The position numbers and the translations under genes are program-made. The notes under the pieces are model-generated. The model saw only the letters and a program-made list of their open reading frames with translations, made no database searches and was not told where the DNA came from. DNA of 64,000 nt from the human T2T-CHM13v2.0 reference genome, Homo sapiens: assembly GCF_009914755.1 (NCBI RefSeq), contig NC_060930.1. One strand, 5' to 3'. This document shows positions 61,586 to 64,000 of the stretch, piece by piece; the first letter of the stretch is position 1, and each line of letters starts with the position of its first letter.

Positions 61586-61661
61586 CCCAGGTTTTCTCCC
61601 GACTGTAACCTTTGTCCATGGTATCCCTTCATTTGGAGAGATGCCGGTCACAGTTAGAGAA
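61586..61661 (-). pseudogene. Degenerate partial duplicate of EXOC2 exon 2 inside intron 2
   Basis: 61614-61652 is identical to 62963-63001 (39 bp); the flank to 61586 aligns with 4 substitutions and a 2-bp gap; gttagagaa (61653-61661) matches 63057-63065. Confidence 0.9.
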
Positions 61662-62909
61662 AACAATATCAAATGAGACATAACACTAGCAAAAAGAATT
61701 GGCTAGGCAGTGCAAAACTCAGTCACTAAACACAGTGCTGAGCTCCCGTTCACTTTTTCTTTTTAAAGAGTTTTCTGGATGGCCAAAAACCAATCTATCA
61801 ACCAGCAGTCATAATGCAGGAAAAGCAAGTTCCAATTCGTGATTTCAGAACCTTACTAACAGCTCCGTCATCAGTGCAGAAATGAGTCAAGAGAATGTCT
61901 GAGTCCAGAAGAAATGTAAATGGGAAGCCAGAATATTCATTCAGTAGCACAGAGAGGGGCCTTTCCCTTCCTCATTCTGAATGCATCTGTATACCCACCT
62001 GAGCAGTTCACAGGCAAGTAATCATAACTGGCCATAAAATTATACTTAAAACTCTCTACCCTGGCTGTCCCTAATACCCGTGTATATTTTTAAAAATAAT
62101 GTTTAGGCTCCATCTTTAGAGACTGAAACTTAGTAGGCCAAATGATTTACGTTTAAAGTTCTAGAGAGATTCAGAAAAGCCAGGGCTGAGAAGCACTGGC
62201 AGACCTGAGAGCTTCAAGAACAGGCCATCAGTAAAGGCCGCCACATCATGGAAGGAGGAAGGCTACCATGCAAGCCAACATCCAGAAATATTTATACCAC
62301 ACCAGCTGGAGGTGTGGTGTCCTAACCATTCATGACCTTGAGCTTAAACTCCACTAGAAAAGATAAAAACATAAACTGCCCCTAAAAACTAAACTTTGGC
62401 TCGCTCCAGATAGGATCCACAGATCACGATGAGGACACATGCCCGCCAGGTGGAGTGAAGACAGAGCCAACTGCTACCCGTGTCACCAGGAGATGGGGCT
62501 GAGACTTGCTTTGAAGAGCAATAAGGAACAGAAAAGGTGTAATTCACAGAGCCCCTGAGAAGCAACAGACAAGTCAGACAAGGGAAGGAAAACTAATGAG
62601 AGCAAAACTATAAAAGCAGCTCTTTTGACAATCAAGACATCAAAGCTTCAGAAAATTCAGAGGCAAATCTCAGCCCTGGGAAACCTTCTGAAGGATTTGA
62701 AAGACAATATAAGGCAAGATTTGACAAAATAATGATTTTCACACAAAACTCAGAAAGCCAGATAATTCTTTCGTCTTTTTGGAGCATTCTGTAGAGATCA
62801 CAAAGATGTTTGTTCTATCACCTTCACTGTTTGAAAATTACATATCTTGTCTCCCTTGTCCACATAAAAATCCGATTAGCAGGGTGCGTCGCAGGGCCTC
62901 TGCCCTTAC

Positions 62910-63027
62910 CTATGAGGTCGGTGGGGCCAGTCCCCAGATTTTCTCCCCTGATTGTGACCTTCGTCCATGGTATCCCTTCATTTGGAGAGATGCCGGTCAC
63001 AAGGGGGGGTTGTCGTGATCGAGACAT
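62910..63027 (-). CDS. EXOC2: EXOC2 exon 2 coding part (118 nt; [39 protein letters not shown]); 5'UTR part extends to acceptor at 63070 (alternative 63054)
   Basis: ATG at 63027 with A at -3; donor ATAG|gtaagg; upstream pyrimidine tract ending ttttaacag. Confidence 0.97.
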
Positions 63028-63860
63028 TGTGCTTTGTGGAGCAAACTGGTGATCCTGTTAGAGAAGTAATCTGTTAAAAGAGAAAGAAAAAAGGATTAGT
63101 ACCAACTGAGACAAGCATTGGCTGAAAATATAAGAATGCTAGACAGTCAGTACCAAAATATAAAAAGTATTCTTAAACACAGAGTTTTGAATTTTTTAGG
63201 GGTCATTTAGCCAATCAGCCAACATCTACTGAACATTAAGTTACTAAGGACACTCTGGTTAGTATTGCAAGAAAGACATAAGAATAACAGAATGCTAAGC
63301 CCTGGGTTCTAAAAACTTTCAGCACAAGGGCAGAGAGAAACTAATGTCACCACGTAGCTCCATGACTACCTCTGCTGAACCCTAAATTGATACTAGGAAC
63401 TGTTCTACTGTTCTACCCCCAGGGCTGTTTAAAGGAGATATTCTGATTAACTATACTCATAAAAATAAAAACACACTTACATTCCCACAGGTGTACTGAA
63501 TTTCAGTTTACTTTTGTGTTTATATAGTATAGCAACTCTTTTTTAATATGCTCAAATCAATGCAATATACTGACATTTCTACAAAACCTAGAACGTAGAT
63601 ACAGGCAGAAGCATGAATTTGCTAGCTGTTGTGAGTATAACAGAGGAGGGAAAAGTGTAGTTTCTGAGACCAGGTAGACTTGTGTTCAAGTACTGCTGCT
63701 CCCATTTACTAAATCTGTTCTAAATCTCCCTCTTCTTGTATGTAAAGTGGAGCTAGAAACAGAAAACATTTCATAAGGTTATTGTAAAGAACATACAGGA
63801 TAATCCTTGGAAAGCCCAGTACCTGGCATACAGGAGGCAAGCAATAAATAATAAAAGTTT

Positions 63861-64000
63861 GCCGGGTGCGGTGGCTCATGCCTGTAATCCCAGCACTGTG
63901 GGAGGCCGAGGCGGGCGGATCACGAGTCAGGAGTTTGAGACCAGCCTGACCAACGTGGTGAAACCCCGTCTTTACTAAAAATACAAAAATTAGCCGACGT
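63861..64000 (+). mobile_element. AluS, cut by the window end
   Basis: gccgggtgcggtggctcatgcc... Confidence 0.93.

Overview
Primate, almost certainly human, genomic DNA lying entirely inside the EXOC2 (SEC5, exocyst complex component 2) gene, which is transcribed on the minus strand. Eleven coding exons (conventional exons 2-12) can be reconstructed with consistent splice phases: 1318 nt of CDS from the ATG at 63027 down to 2489, about 439 codons, including the N-terminal RalA-binding IPT/TIG domain. Exon 1 and the 3' exons lie outside the window. The introns contain ~15 Alus, an MST LTR carrying a nested piggyBac MITE (MER75B), a MER21C LTR, Tigger/Charlie MITEs, two L1PA insertions, old L1/L2/MIR debris, three minisatellites and many two-copy tandem duplications. 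Nearly all long ORFs in the track are repeat artefacts. I found no convincing new multi-gene system. The most notable unexplained signals are: a degenerate local copy of the first coding exon in intron 2; a GC-AG intron followed by an exon that regenerates a GT donor; a 20x40-bp UG-rich VNTR; an L1 with 5' inversion, large internal gap and short 3' transduction; and several candidate cryptic or antisense exons. Repeat family names come from recalled consensus sequences, not from a search.
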